DNA of 64,000 bases, taken from the NCBI RefSeq assembly GCF_044704955.1, contig NC_092006.1, positions 4,898,001 through 4,962,000 of the forward strand. Direction: 5' to 3'. The stretch's first letter is position 1, and every line of letters starts with the position of its first letter. Below, in pieces: positions 62,616-64,000 of the stretch. The DNA is from Pristiophorus japonicus. Its lineage: Eukaryota. Position numbers and translations under genes: made by a program. A model generated the notes under the pieces. That model was not told the DNA's origin, did not search any database, and was given only the letters and a program-made list of their open reading frames with translations.

Positions 62616-64000
62616 TCTCCTTATTAATTCTCTCCAAAACCCTTCTCCTTATTAATTCGCTCCAAAACCCTTCTCCTTATTAATTCGCTCCAAAACCCTT
62701 CTCCTTATTAATTCTCTACAAAATCCTTCCCCTTATTAATTCGCTCCAAAACCCTTCTCCTTATTAATTCTAACCAAAACCCTTCTCCTTATTAATTCTC
62801 TCCAAAACCCTTCTCCTTTTTAATTCGCTCCAAAACCCTTCTCCTTATTAATTCGCTCCAAAACCCTTCTCCTTATTAATTCTCTCCAAAACCCTTTTCC
62901 TTATTAATTCGCTCCAAAACCCTTCTCCTTATTAATTCTAACCAAAACCCTTCTCCTTATTAATTCGCTCCAAAACCCTTCTCCTTATTAATTCTAACCA
63001 AAACCCTTCTCCTTATTAATTATCTCCAAAATCGTTCTCCTTATTAATTCGCTCCAAAACCCTTCTCCTTATTAATTCTAACCAAAACCCTTCTCCTTAT
63101 TAATTCTCTCCAAAACCCTTCTCCTTATTAATTCTATCCAAAACCCTTCTCATTATTAATTCACTCCAAAACCCTTCTCCTTATTAATTCTCTCCAAAAT
63201 CCTTCTCATTATTAATTCTCTCCAAAACCCTTCTCATTATTAATTCTCTCCAAAACCCTTCTCCTTATTAATTCTATCCAAAATCCTCCTCCTTATTAAT
63301 TCTCTCCAAAACCCTCCTCCTTATTAATTCTCTCCAAAACCCTTCTCCTTATTAATTCTATCCAAAACCCTTCTCCTTATTAATTCTATCCAAAACCCTC
63401 CTCCTTATTAATTCTCTCCAAAACCCTTCTCCTTATTAATTCTCTCCAAGACCCTTCTCCTTATTAATTCTCTCCAAGACCCTTCTCCTTATTAATTCTC
63501 TCCAAAACCCTTCTCCTTATTAATTCTCTCCAAAACCCTTCTCCTTATTAATTCTATCCAAAACCCTTCTCCTTATTAATTCTCTCCAAAACCCTTCTCC
63601 TTATTAATTCTCTCCAAAACCCTTCTCATTATTAATTCTCTCCAAAACCCTTCTCCTTATTAATTCTCTCCAAAACCCTTCTCCTTATTAATTCGATCCA
63701 AAACCCTCCTCCTTATTAATTCTCTCCAAAACCCTTCTCCTTATTAATTCTCTCCAAGACCCTTCTCCTTATTAATTCTCTCCAAGACCCTTCTCCTTAT
63801 TAATTCTCTCCAAAACCCTTCTCCTCATTAATTCTCTCCAAAACCCTTCTCCTTATTAATTCTATCCAAAACCCTTGTCCTTATTAATTCTCTCCAAAAT
63901 CCTCCTCCTTATTAATTCTCTCCAAAACCCTTCTCATTATTAATTCTCTCCAAAACCCTTCTCCTTATTAATTCTCTCCAAAACCCTTATCCTTATTAAT
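62616..64000. repeat. 28-bp satellite (ccttctccttattaattctctccaaaac)n; 3 more units at 61430-61515
   Basis: About 49 units running to the window end. Confidence 0.95.

Overview
Repeat-dense vertebrate genomic DNA with five N-gaps. The repeat repertoire (many CR1 LINE 3' fragments ending in (CTATGTTT)n, Deu-domain tRNA-SINEs of the SacSINE1/AmnSINE1 type, Tx1, RTE and L2 fragments, a Charlie/Buster hAT element, a solo LTR) indicates a cartilaginous fish (shark). Buried in the repeats is a cluster of multi-exon, apparently non-rearranging antigen-receptor-like IgSF genes, each built as leader / V / C1 / stalk-Cys+TM / cytoplasmic tail with a TxYxxL motif. Gene A (+, 28120-36377) gives an open 8-exon, 335-aa model. 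Gene B (-, 50859-43066) has a germline-joined VJ exon carrying one in-frame TGA. Gene C (-, 60432-54274) has an open germline-joined VJ exon, but I could not place its leader exon. A transposon-disrupted inverted paralogue of gene A lies at about 11300-14500 (-). No RSS flank any V exon. Left of the cluster is a 33-bp tandem array carrying roughly 48 co-oriented CTCF-consensus motifs. All exon models were assembled by hand from GT-AG sites and intron phase, without transcript evidence; repeat boundaries are approximate.
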